Below are positions 52,087-61,849 of a stretch of 64,000 nucleotides of DNA, piece after piece. The notes under the pieces are model-generated. The model was given only the letters and a program-made list of their open reading frames with translations. It was not told the DNA's origin and ran no database searches. Position 1 is the first letter of the stretch. Every line of letters begins with the position of its first letter. A program made the position numbers and the translations under genes. Source of the DNA: Candidatus Poribacteria bacterium (GTDB lineage Bacteria > Poribacteria > WGA-4E > WGA-3G); NCBI GenBank assembly GCA_965205025.1, contig CBDBFU010000002.1:96001-160000 (forward strand). Reading direction: 5' to 3'.

Positions 52087-53915
52087 CTGTGTATATAAAA
52101 CAATATCCTGAAGAAAAGCGAAAGATATTAGCTGAACATAGCACTAAGAATATTGATGATTTCGTAAAATTTTTGGAAGAAATTAAAGGTATAGAGGCAT
52201 CATATCTACAAAAGATGCTTACTCCTCCAAAAGGTTTTCCCAAAAATAAAAAACTAAAAACAGAAACAAGACACTATCTATTTAAGCAATTCATTTCCAA
52301 ATTGGTAGGAGAAAAAGATTTCTCTAATCCTGACTCTGACGTTTGGAATAAGTTTGGGCAGATTTTCAGATGGTGGGTCAAATCACAATCCGAACTTTTC
52401 AAAATACTTGAGGATTTTAAAAATGATGAGGATTTTGAGGAAAATGATAAGTCAGTTGAACCTAATAGTGTCCTTGATATCAAGTGTTTTGAAATCCTAC
52501 TCAAAGCAAATCGCAAACTCCAAATAAATCAGGAAATAATCCGGCGTTTTTACCAGTTCGGATATTTCCTCAAAGATGAACAAATTGAAGATCTTATTGA
52601 TAATGCTTTAACTCAAGAAGACATTGATCACAAGTGGAGAATAAAGGAACTTCCTGACAAGGTTGATGAATTATCTGAAACGATCTCGGATATTAAATCT
52701 CGTGTCTCTGCCGTGGAGTCTGCTAATGAATTGAAGCAGGAACTGAATGAACAAATTACAGGGTTAAGCAAATCCTTTGAGGATAATATCCAGAAACTCA
52801 ACGAACAAATTACAGAAGTCAGTGAAGCACTTAATGAAAAAATATCTAAAATAGAATTGAGTCAAACCAGTGATTTATCTAACCAGATTAATTCATTTAA
52901 ATCTCAGTTCACCGAGCTTAAAAAATCGGTTAGTAAGCTTGAAGATAAACGCCAAACAACTGAAGTGCCGCGAATTGCTAATCAAGCCGTAGAGATTGGA
53001 GAAAAAGCTGCTTCATTAATTAAAAATCGAAAAAAAACTAAAAATGAAAAAGATTACTTGAAAGCATTTAGTATCCCCCTCTGGCTTCTTGGAATTACTA
53101 ATCCTGAAGATTCTATTAAGACTGAAGCTATTCATATTGCGTTAAAGGCTTTTTCTGTTATAGAAATTCCTGACACACGAATTATTAACGCATGGAAAGC
53201 TGCTTGTGGTAACAACTTACACATCACAACACTTGATGTAGGAATGGGTTGGCTTGATTCACAAGATTGGTTTCCCAAACTTTTTTCTGAAATATGTTTT
53301 GGAGAACAATTAAGGCAAATGGATCTTGATGTTTCTGTAGAGGAAATGATAAACAAGGGTAATTTTTTATGGGCAATTCACTTAAATAATTACGACCGTT
53401 CATTTCCAGAAAGTTATCTACCCAGATTTCTAAAATGGTTGGGAGAACGCAAAGCCTTTGCTAAAGTCTTCGTAACGCGATGTCACAGTGAGAATCGTTG
53501 TAAAACCAGTTTTGAGGTATATAATGAAGTGGGTCAACTACCTAAACCCACAAAAACGCTGTCTATTAATCCGACAACACTACCGGATACTGATGCTATT
53601 ATTGATAAATCAGTTTGGGGAAAGTGGTGTCAGCCATCTGAGGAGACATTGTATAAAACAGAGGTTCAATTCTTGGACAAATTACAATCAGAAATAGAGA
53701 ATATCCCTTTATCACTTTTTCAGGACATCCAATCTTACCTTCTATTATCACATCAGATTATTGATCCTGATAAAGCCCTTGACTGGGCGTTATACTTACG
53801 CCTATGTCCTTGGATTGATGGTAGAACCAAAATTGAGGATGGTTTGTTTAGCTTAATCAACCAAGTCGATCTGGATCTACCGAAAACCAGGGCAGTTCTA
53901 CAGGAAAATTTTTAA
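52083..53915 (+). CDS. hypothetical protein with central coiled coil, Druantia-like operon
   Basis: 610 aa ORF with GGAGG SD and TTG start overlapping the upstream stop. Confidence 0.8.
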   Translation: MTVYIKQYPEEKRKILAEHSTKNIDDFVKFLEEIKGIEASYLQKMLTPPKGFPKNKKLKTETRHYLFKQFISKLVGEKDFSNPDSDVWNKFGQIFRWWVKSQSELFKILEDFKNDEDFEENDKSVEPNSVLDIKCFEILLKANRKLQINQEIIRRFYQFGYFLKDEQIEDLIDNALTQEDIDHKWRIKELPDKVDELSETISDIKSRVSAVESANELKQELNEQITGLSKSFEDNIQKLNEQITEVSEALNEKISKIELSQTSDLSNQINSFKSQFTELKKSVSKLEDKRQTTEVPRIANQAVEIGEKAASLIKNRKKTKNEKDYLKAFSIPLWLLGITNPEDSIKTEAIHIALKAFSVIEIPDTRIINAWKAACGNNLHITTLDVGMGWLDSQDWFPKLFSEICFGEQLRQMDLDVSVEEMINKGNFLWAIHLNNYDRSFPESYLPRFLKWLGERKAFAKVFVTRCHSENRCKTSFEVYNEVGQLPKPTKTLSINPTTLPDTDAIIDKSVWGKWCQPSEETLYKTEVQFLDKLQSEIENIPLSLFQDIQSYLLLSHQIIDPDKALDWALYLRLCPWIDGRTKIEDGLFSLINQVDLDLPKTRAVLQENF

Positions 53916-53925
53916 GAGGTGGTCA

Positions 53926-54819
53926 ATGCGTCAGAATCGTACACGTTTTTTAGATGAATTACTTTACTACCTTTCACATCTCGGTAAGATGCCTTGGGTA
54001 AAGTTTAAACAAGGAATTGAATGCCTAAATAGAGATAACAAGAATCCCCAAAGTGACTCCTTTTACCTTAAATCTCTTGCCTCTGTCGGACACTTGGAAT
54101 ACGATCCTGCGATATTAGATTGGGTTTATGTTGCTCCTCCGGTCCTTGTAGAAACTGCCACTCCAAACCAGTATGTTCTTGCCGGTAGTAGAACACCGGA
54201 CTTCATTTCTAAAATAGAGAAAACTGCATTATCAAATGGCGGGAAGTTACATCGTATTCAAGAAGTTGTTCCTGTTACCACAATTGTTTTGCGTGATTTG
54301 AACGAAGCGTCTATAAAGGAGATTGAAGGATGTGGTGTTCATATTAGCATTAAATTCTCCAAGAAATTGTCTTGTATCCTCCCCAATTTACGTTTAAATA
54401 GTTTTGCGCCAGATGAGTCTATGCTAAGTACACCAATTGAGAAATTTAACATTGAGACGTTGAAGTATGAAAATAATTCTTCAAATATATCTGAAGGTCT
54501 CTTTCGCATAATGAATCATGGACGTTATACACACTTCTTAAAATTGAACAATATTCAACGAATAGTACCACCAGAATGGGGGGCATGGTTAATACTTCGT
54601 GCCTTTCGCAAATCCAAATTAATATATTACAAAAAAGAACAGAACATCTTGCAGGTGAAGTTTCCACTGACTTTACCATTATTGGCAAACCGATGTGCGG
54701 TGCTCTGCTCTGGACACATACCTACATTGAAAAATGGGTTTTATTGTTACCGCAATGTCCCGATTGAGATAGCAGACAACATAGCCAAATCACTTAACCA
54801 ACAACTTGAGGAACAATAA
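53926..54819 (+). CDS. hypothetical protein, Druantia-like accessory
   Basis: 297 aa ORF with GAGGTG SD. Its stop overlaps the helicase ATG (TAATG). Confidence 0.8.
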   Translation: MRQNRTRFLDELLYYLSHLGKMPWVKFKQGIECLNRDNKNPQSDSFYLKSLASVGHLEYDPAILDWVYVAPPVLVETATPNQYVLAGSRTPDFISKIEKTALSNGGKLHRIQEVVPVTTIVLRDLNEASIKEIEGCGVHISIKFSKKLSCILPNLRLNSFAPDESMLSTPIEKFNIETLKYENNSSNISEGLFRIMNHGRYTHFLKLNNIQRIVPPEWGAWLILRAFRKSKLIYYKKEQNILQVKFPLTLPLLANRCAVLCSGHIPTLKNGFYCYRNVPIEIADNIAKSLNQQLEEQ

Positions 54820-57800
54820 TGACAGATCCTTTTGATATTTCTAATAAACTACGTGAATCCTATATTCGATATATTGAAACGGCTTTTAAGTTCAACAGTC
54901 CATCTTTAGAACAGAAGCCTGTTTTAGAACAGGAACGTCGAGCACTACTACAAAAAGAAGGCATGATTTATCAAGAACCACTCTTTGAACCGATTCTCCC
55001 TCCTAATTCGTCAGAGAAAACGCTATTCCAAGTTTGTTCTAATCTTGGAATCTCAAAAGATATTGCAGAATTCTTGGCTGCAGGTGGTGAAGAAGGACTT
55101 GCCCCGAGAACACGGAAACTTTACAAAAACCAATTTAAAGCAATAAAGGCTTCGTTAATTGACAAGCGAGATGTTGTTGTTACTACAGGAACGGGTTCTG
55201 GTAAAACAGAGTGTTTTCTTTTACCTATATTTAGTCAATTGGTCATGGAATCAAAAAATTGGCAACCATATGGAGACCGAAAACCTAAACCTTGGACGGA
55301 AAAAGGAAAAAGACAACGGGATGGTGAACACAAAGATAGACAGGCGGCGATTCGTGCACTAATTTTGTATCCGTTGAATGCACTGGTTGAGGATCAGTTA
55401 ATGCGGCTTCGCGGGGCGTGTGATAGTCCTAATGCTCATAAGTGGCTTGATGAGAACCGTGATGGGAATCGTTTTTATTTTGGACGTTACATTGGTTCAA
55501 CCCCTGTCGCAGGATCTGAGGAAAGAGATTACAAACGCATATTATTACGTGAAGAATTAAATAAATTATATGAACAAGCAAGACAAATTAAAGCCCAGGT
55601 TCAAAAGACAGATGATCAAAACATTCGTTACTATTTTCCACTAATGGAACCAGATACGGCAGAAATGTGGTCGCGTTGGGATATGCAGGATTATCCACCG
55701 GACATATTAATTACAAATTATGCGATGTTAAACATCATGTTAATACGAGATTTAGAGGAATCAATCTTTGAGAAAACGCGCGAATGGTTAGAAAAAGACG
55801 ATAGCGTTTTCTATCTTGTTGTAGATGAATTACATTCTTATCGTGGAACATCTGGGACGGAAGTTGCCTATCTGTTAAGAACACTGTTTTCTCGTCTTGG
55901 TCTTGAACCTGATTCGCCAAAATTGCGAATAATAGCGAGTAGTGCATCTTTAGAAGGAGAATATGGAGATAAATATCTCAAACAATTTTTTGGAAGAAGT
56001 AGCAGTTTTGAGCGAATTACTTCAGATCCAATTTGTGCTTCAGACGAACCGCTTCGCGAGTGTTTGAAACATGCAGATGCATTTAAGACGTATGATGAGG
56101 GATACAAGGATACAGAATTACCCGTCAAACCTGAAATGCTTAAAGAAGCGGTAATTAGACTCTGCAATCAAAATGAAAAATTACTTGCGTCAAAGATAGA
56201 TCAAATGGTTACTGTTGCAAAGGATGTCGTAGGAGAGGAAATTTCAGAACAAACTATTCGCGGTATGATTCGTTATCTAATTCGTCAGAAGAACCCTCAG
56301 GAACCTGAACAAGCACTTCTGCCGTTGCGTACACATTACTTATTCAAGAATTTTGAGGGGATATGGGTATGTAGTAATCAAGCATGTAGTGGGGTCGAAC
56401 ACGCTGAACAACGTCCTCCAATAGGTAAGTTGTTCTCAGCTCCGAAAACTCTCTGTGATGATTGTGGGTCGCGCGTGTTGGAGTTGTGGGCATGTCAAAC
56501 ATGTGGTGATCTGTTTTTAGGTGGCTATAAAAGACCAGTTTCTAAAGATCCACTAGACGGTTGGTGGCTTAGTGGTGACTTCCAACAGTTGGAAGGTTTG
56601 CCAGAACGTAATATCAAAGATCGGAGATATAGCAACTATGCCATTTTTTGGTTGGGGACAGAAAAGCCGAAACAACCCCAACCCTGGTGGAGGAAAAACG
56701 GAATTAAAAGAAAATGGACAAAGGGACAATTTGACTCATTTCGTGGTGTTCTTAAACCCAAACCATCTGAAAATAACTGCTACTTTTATAAAATTTTCGA
56801 AAACGAATTGAATAAGAATGACACAGATAAATGTTCAGAAGTCCCAAAATACTGTCCAAAATGTGGAGACTTTTGGGATTTTTTGTCGGAACGGTTTATT
56901 GGTGGTAAGGAAGAGGCTGTCTCACCAATCCGTAAAATGGGAACAGGATTGCAAAGGGTACTTCAAGTTCTCGTTCAGACCTTGCAAAATTCAATTGATG
57001 ATGAAAATAAACGCAAAACGATTGTTTTTTCTGACAGCCGAGGTGACGCTGCTAAATTGTCAGTAGGTATAGAGTATTCACATTACTTAGACATGATACG
57101 TTCCATTACGGTCAAGTCTTTAGACGAAGTGGAAGAAAGCCCTGATTTGATGACGATTCTTGATGCTATTCAAGGTAAAGAAATAGATCATGTCAAGTTT
57201 TATGAGGCACTCGGTCGAATTGCCGGAATGCCGGGATGTGAAGGTACCTTAATTCATTCCATTAACGAGGCATCTACGAAAAATGAAAGTTTAACTGAAG
57301 AACAAGAAACCCAACTTCGCTCCTTGTTCTCCGATTACTCTTTTATAAAACTTGAAAACAGCGTTTTTGATCGTTTTATTAATCTTGGAATGAATCCTGG
57401 AGGTTATGGTATAAAAGTTGATGGTTACTCACAACAAGTAAAAGATGGTGAAGAAGTGCGCAGATGGGTGGAACTATTTGATTGGTCTGAAAATACAGTA
57501 TCAAGAAAAGAATTCGAAGGTTTGAGTGATCCTCAAAAGGACCTCTTACGCAGAATTCAACAACAACTTCGTCAAACAATTACAGAACGTATTTTGTTTG
57601 CTCGTAGGGGAACAGGTTTAGAAGGACTCGGATTGGGGTGGTGTGAACCGAAAATTGATCCTAAACTATGGACAATTGATGAACTTGATGTAGCAGAAAT
57701 GATGTCAGCAGTCGTACGGATTCTTGGTGAGCGGAATCGGACAACACTCACTCATAAACCATATCCGGATATACCGGATTTCCTTAAGAAATACCTAAAT

Positions 57801-60308
57801 AAATCAGCTAAGCAAATTGATTGTGAACCAACCGAACTGGAATCAGTAATTAAGGATCAAATTGGCTTAAATGACGGAAGTTTCGACCAAAACCGCGTTA
57901 ATATGGAGAGACTGGTAATTCGAAAGCGCAAGAATAATCTGGTTTTTATATGCTCAGTTTGCCAACGCATACACCTCTATAAAGCAAGCGGACTCTGTAC
58001 AAACACCTTGTGTTTAGGTGATTTAAAACCTATTGAGATTGTTGATATATCTGAAAAATTTGGAGGTTATCATTCCTATCAGGCAAAGTTAGGTATTGAA
58101 CCTTACCGTCTCCACTGTGAAGAATTATCAGGGCAAACAGATTCAGAGGATAGACCCAAGCGACAACGCTGGTTCCAAAATGCAACTCTCAACAGCGAAA
58201 ATAAACGTTCTGATCCTGTAGATTTGCTTTCTGTAACAACAACAATGGAGGCAGGTGTTGACATTGGAGGACTCTCTATTGTTTTAATGGGTAATGTTCC
58301 TCCCCAACGTTTCAATTATCAGCAACGGGTAGGCCGTGCAGGAAGACGTGGAGATGCGGTTTCTTACGCATTAACGCTGTGTCGATCGCGGACTCATGAT
58401 GAACACTACTTTACAAATCCAGAAGAAATTACCAGTGCACCAACTCCACCGCCGTATCTTGATCTGCGACGCGATGATATAATAAAACGTATCATTGCAA
58501 AAGAGGTACTGTACCAAGCATTCAAAGATGTTTCTAAAGCAAATGAGTTTTCAGACACCGATAATGTACATGGTGAGTTTGGAAAAGTATCGGATTGGAA
58601 GACGAATCGAAAACAACTTATAAAATGGACATCGTCAAATAGAAGTAGAATAAAACAGATCGTCCAGTTGCTTAGTGTCCAGACTGAGCCGGAAATAGCC
58701 AACAATGTCTATGAACTAATAGACTGGGTTGTCAAGGAACTTGTAAATGAGATTGATAAGTATGCCGAAAACCATCCATTTGAGATGGACGACCTGAGTC
58801 AAGCCCTTGCAGAGTCGGGACTTTTACCAATGTTTGGTTTCCCAACGCGAACCCGTTTGTTGTATCATGAAAAGCCAAAAGGTAAGCCATGGCCACCAAA
58901 GTCTGGCAAAGTTGACCGAGACATTGAGGTAGCGATTAGCGAGTTTGCTCCAGGTTCAGAAACGATCAAAGACAAAAGAATCCATACTTCAATAGGAATA
59001 GTCTCTTACCGTCCTTCCTGGAATAACTATGCAATTCCTGAAGATGGTATAGCACACCCCTTGACAATCGGTTTTTGTCCTGAATGTAAATCCATTTTTG
59101 CCAACGAAGAATCCGTGGAAGCTGCTTCTTGCCAAACCTGTAATGCTGAAAGTGGATTTCAGCAAATAGAAAGTTTTGAACCAAAAGGTTTTCTGACAGA
59201 TTTTCAACCTACAGATGCTGCCGAATATTTTGAATGGAAACCTCGCGCAACCTACTCTCGTCTTCCTTCGGATATTAATATTAAATTCAATACGAATACT
59301 AATTTCCATTACGGAACGAATCGTGATGAAAAAGTCCATTTGTTATCAATTAATAATAATGATGGATCGGGTTTTAATCTTGGAAGATTTAAAAGAGGAA
59401 AAGAGTTGGTGTCACCTCAAGTTTTAAAAGAATTGGTAGAACGAAAAAATGGTAAATTTGACCAAGACCAAGTTTTTGAAGGCAAACTCAAAAAAACCGC
59501 TATTCACGCAAGTAAAGTAACCGACGTATTATTGATAGAAATCAACTCAATTCCGGATGGAATTAAGTTAGATTATACTGAAGTTTACGCTCGATCAGCC
59601 TTATATTCTTTTGGTTATCTTCTACGCAAATATGCTGCAATTCAAGAATTGGACATTAGCACAGATGAATTACAGGTAGAAATTCGCCCTTTCCGACGCG
59701 ATGAAAATGTCTATGGGCAAATATTTCTCGCTGATAAGTTGGCGAACGGTGCTGGATATTGTCGTCATCTTGCTGATTTCAATGATAAGGGTGAACTTCG
59801 TCTTAGGAACATACTACAAAAGATGGTAAAAGAAGATTCTAATTTTTACCGTGAACTTGTAGATCATGGACATCAATGTGATTCATCTTGTTACAAATGT
59901 ATGCGGGATTACTCAAATATGGCATATCACCCGCTTATGGATTGGCGATTGGGTATGGATTTAGTCAATCTCTGTCTTAATGAAGAATTTGCTATCAATC
60001 TTGAGAAACCATATTGGTCGCCGCTTGTGAAGAGTGTAAAAAAGAACCTATTAGAACTAGTTGGCAATGAGAATGAAATGAAATGGGAGAATCGCTATGG
60101 AATACATATTCTTTTAGGTCAAATAAAAAACGAGAAAAAAGCGTTTATTTTGCATCATCCACTCGCTGTTTACGATAAATCAGACCCCAGACCGGAGAAT
60201 TTCGCTCGTGTTTTTGTTGAATTAAAGAAAGAAGGATTCCTTATAGAAACTATCAACATTTTTGAAGCAATTAGAAGGATAAGCGAATTTATCGAACTAT
60301 TCTATTAA
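54819..60308 (+). CDS. SF2 DEAD/DEAH-box helicase with Zn-binding motifs and C-terminal DUF1998 (Druantia DruE-like)
   Basis: TGTGSGKTE, YPLNALVEDQ, DELH, SAS, TTTMEAGVDIG and QRVGRAGRR. Several CxxC. C-terminal C..SCYKCMRDYSN...H..DWR. 1829 aa. Confidence 0.9.
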   Translation: MTDPFDISNKLRESYIRYIETAFKFNSPSLEQKPVLEQERRALLQKEGMIYQEPLFEPILPPNSSEKTLFQVCSNLGISKDIAEFLAAGGEEGLAPRTRKLYKNQFKAIKASLIDKRDVVVTTGTGSGKTECFLLPIFSQLVMESKNWQPYGDRKPKPWTEKGKRQRDGEHKDRQAAIRALILYPLNALVEDQLMRLRGACDSPNAHKWLDENRDGNRFYFGRYIGSTPVAGSEERDYKRILLREELNKLYEQARQIKAQVQKTDDQNIRYYFPLMEPDTAEMWSRWDMQDYPPDILITNYAMLNIMLIRDLEESIFEKTREWLEKDDSVFYLVVDELHSYRGTSGTEVAYLLRTLFSRLGLEPDSPKLRIIASSASLEGEYGDKYLKQFFGRSSSFERITSDPICASDEPLRECLKHADAFKTYDEGYKDTELPVKPEMLKEAVIRLCNQNEKLLASKIDQMVTVAKDVVGEEISEQTIRGMIRYLIRQKNPQEPEQALLPLRTHYLFKNFEGIWVCSNQACSGVEHAEQRPPIGKLFSAPKTLCDDCGSRVLELWACQTCGDLFLGGYKRPVSKDPLDGWWLSGDFQQLEGLPERNIKDRRYSNYAIFWLGTEKPKQPQPWWRKNGIKRKWTKGQFDSFRGVLKPKPSENNCYFYKIFENELNKNDTDKCSEVPKYCPKCGDFWDFLSERFIGGKEEAVSPIRKMGTGLQRVLQVLVQTLQNSIDDENKRKTIVFSDSRGDAAKLSVGIEYSHYLDMIRSITVKSLDEVEESPDLMTILDAIQGKEIDHVKFYEALGRIAGMPGCEGTLIHSINEASTKNESLTEEQETQLRSLFSDYSFIKLENSVFDRFINLGMNPGGYGIKVDGYSQQVKDGEEVRRWVELFDWSENTVSRKEFEGLSDPQKDLLRRIQQQLRQTITERILFARRGTGLEGLGLGWCEPKIDPKLWTIDELDVAEMMSAVVRILGERNRTTLTHKPYPDIPDFLKKYLNKSAKQIDCEPTELESVIKDQIGLNDGSFDQNRVNMERLVIRKRKNNLVFICSVCQRIHLYKASGLCTNTLCLGDLKPIEIVDISEKFGGYHSYQAKLGIEPYRLHCEELSGQTDSEDRPKRQRWFQNATLNSENKRSDPVDLLSVTTTMEAGVDIGGLSIVLMGNVPPQRFNYQQRVGRAGRRGDAVSYALTLCRSRTHDEHYFTNPEEITSAPTPPPYLDLRRDDIIKRIIAKEVLYQAFKDVSKANEFSDTDNVHGEFGKVSDWKTNRKQLIKWTSSNRSRIKQIVQLLSVQTEPEIANNVYELIDWVVKELVNEIDKYAENHPFEMDDLSQALAESGLLPMFGFPTRTRLLYHEKPKGKPWPPKSGKVDRDIEVAISEFAPGSETIKDKRIHTSIGIVSYRPSWNNYAIPEDGIAHPLTIGFCPECKSIFANEESVEAASCQTCNAESGFQQIESFEPKGFLTDFQPTDAAEYFEWKPRATYSRLPSDINIKFNTNTNFHYGTNRDEKVHLLSINNNDGSGFNLGRFKRGKELVSPQVLKELVERKNGKFDQDQVFEGKLKKTAIHASKVTDVLLIEINSIPDGIKLDYTEVYARSALYSFGYLLRKYAAIQELDISTDELQVEIRPFRRDENVYGQIFLADKLANGAGYCRHLADFNDKGELRLRNILQKMVKEDSNFYRELVDHGHQCDSSCYKCMRDYSNMAYHPLMDWRLGMDLVNLCLNEEFAINLEKPYWSPLVKSVKKNLLELVGNENEMKWENRYGIHILLGQIKNEKKAFILHHPLAVYDKSDPRPENFARVFVELKKEGFLIETINIFEAIRRISEFIELFY

Positions 60309-60320
60309 GGATATATTTTT

Positions 60321-61421
60321 ATGCAAGTTCAACCACTACCAAAACTCAATCCAATCACGAAGCTTTCCCCTACACTTTTTGCCACCTTAAGACAGTGTCA
60401 ATTACGTGCAGGATTAAGTCACGCCAGAGCTCAACGGACAACCAAAATTTCAACAGCCGCACTGTTAGGAACGATTGCCCATCGCGTATTAGAAGATGCA
60501 AGAACATTGAAACGTGATGAGGATTTACGAAAACAGGCAAAGACACTGTGGGATAAAACTGTGGAACAAGTAGAGAAGACACTACAGAATTCACCACTTG
60601 ACAAGAGCTTATTGCCAATTAGTAGATGGAAAAAATACTACCTTTTAAGAGAATATACGATTTGTAGATGTGAAGAGATTGCGCTGGGTCACGGAATATC
60701 TGAAAGGCAGGTCATCGCAAGTGAGCGAAAATTCGATAATCTTGAATATGGATTCACTGGCAAACCTGATTTAATCATTCGTCGAGAAAATGGTCTGGTA
60801 ATAATAGACTACAAAAGTACCGAGTTATCTGATGATCCAGAAGAGCGAGATGAAAAGGTTGAATCTTGGCGACGACAAGTCAAGTTCTACGCTTCAATTG
60901 TAAAATCTGAATTTGGAGAGTATCCAGTAGAAGGAGAAATCAGATTACTAAACGGAGGTGTAATCCCAATTCCTATCAATCCTGAGGAAGTGGAACAACT
61001 CATGGCAGAAGCAAGAATATTAAAAGAAAAGTACAATGCTAATATTGCTGCGGGTGTTCCAGAATCGAAATTGGCACAATATTCCGAAGAGAATTGTGGT
61101 TTTTGTGATTACAAAGGGTCATGTAACACATTCTGGAAAATGAATCCAATTCCAGGTGCGGACGAATTCGGTTCCTTGAGTGGGAAAATCGTTAGATTAT
61201 CAAATACAGAAAAAGGAGTAGGTAGTATTGTCATTGCTTCTGATATGAAAAACGAAGCAACGAAGGAATGGAAGATTACGAATCTATCAATAGATAAATT
61301 CGAAGGACTTAGGGAATTGAAAAAAGGAGATTTTGTTAGGTTAATTGACTTTAAAATAGATTCTCAAAATGAATTTCATGCAAAACCCACTCGAAATTCA
61401 GTCATTTGGAAGGTTCCCTAA
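60321..61421 (+). CDS. PD-(D/E)XK nuclease, Cas4/AddB/RecB-like with probable Fe-S cluster
   Basis: LSPT..C, GTIAH..LE, E..GKPDLI, IIDYKS, Q..FY and CGFCDYKGSC. Confidence 0.88.
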   Translation: MQVQPLPKLNPITKLSPTLFATLRQCQLRAGLSHARAQRTTKISTAALLGTIAHRVLEDARTLKRDEDLRKQAKTLWDKTVEQVEKTLQNSPLDKSLLPISRWKKYYLLREYTICRCEEIALGHGISERQVIASERKFDNLEYGFTGKPDLIIRRENGLVIIDYKSTELSDDPEERDEKVESWRRQVKFYASIVKSEFGEYPVEGEIRLLNGGVIPIPINPEEVEQLMAEARILKEKYNANIAAGVPESKLAQYSEENCGFCDYKGSCNTFWKMNPIPGADEFGSLSGKIVRLSNTEKGVGSIVIASDMKNEATKEWKITNLSIDKFEGLRELKKGDFVRLIDFKIDSQNEFHAKPTRNSVIWKVP

Positions 61422-61510
61422 TTCTATTCAAACAATACTATCTAATGGGAGTTCGGTTTAAGCAATAGTATCCATTAGTGCGGTTAGATACCGTACCATA
61501 GGCGTCAATT

Positions 61511-61775
61511 AGATACACCTTTCGCCCCGCTGGGGCTTATTATTTAGGGTTTGTACGTTTGCTACATACCTTTCGCCCCGCTGGGGCTTGGTATATTGGT
61601 GATAACGACTTCTATAAACATTCCGTCCCTACCAAATCAACGGTATGAATGCCATTTAGGCATTCCCCGGGACTCATTTAATGGGTTAATCCTTTTTCTA
61701 TAGACATTCCGTCCCTACGGGACTCAAGTATAGGATATTCCCGTTTTTCTATAGACATTTCGTCCCTACGGGACT
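61511..61775. repeat. five-unit repeat-spacer array, period 50-51 bp
   Basis: Two copies of ACCTTTCGCCCCGCTGGGGCTT and three of TTCTATARACATTYCGTCCCTACGGGACT (one interrupted), with unique 20-22 bp spacers. Confidence 0.85.
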
Positions 61776-61810
61776 ACATAAATTATAAGAATAGAGAAGA
61801 AATGTAAGGA

Positions 61811-61836
61811 TCGGGGATCGGAGTTCCCTCCTACAG
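61811..61836. repeat. GTAG-type REP-like sequence
   Basis: Reverse complement CTGTAGGAGGGAACTCCGATCCCCGA. Confidence 0.45.
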
Positions 61837-61849
61837 AAGAGGTTATACG

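Noticed and set aside
54819-60308. DISARM DrmA/DrmB or Cas3 assignment
   Set aside because: Helicase and DUF1998 are fused in one 1829 aa protein, with no HD domain, methylase or PLD gene adjacent.
61511-61775. Canonical CRISPR array
   Set aside because: Two repeat classes, 20-22 bp spacers, only five units and no cas1/cas2. Kept as a repeat and reported as a finding.
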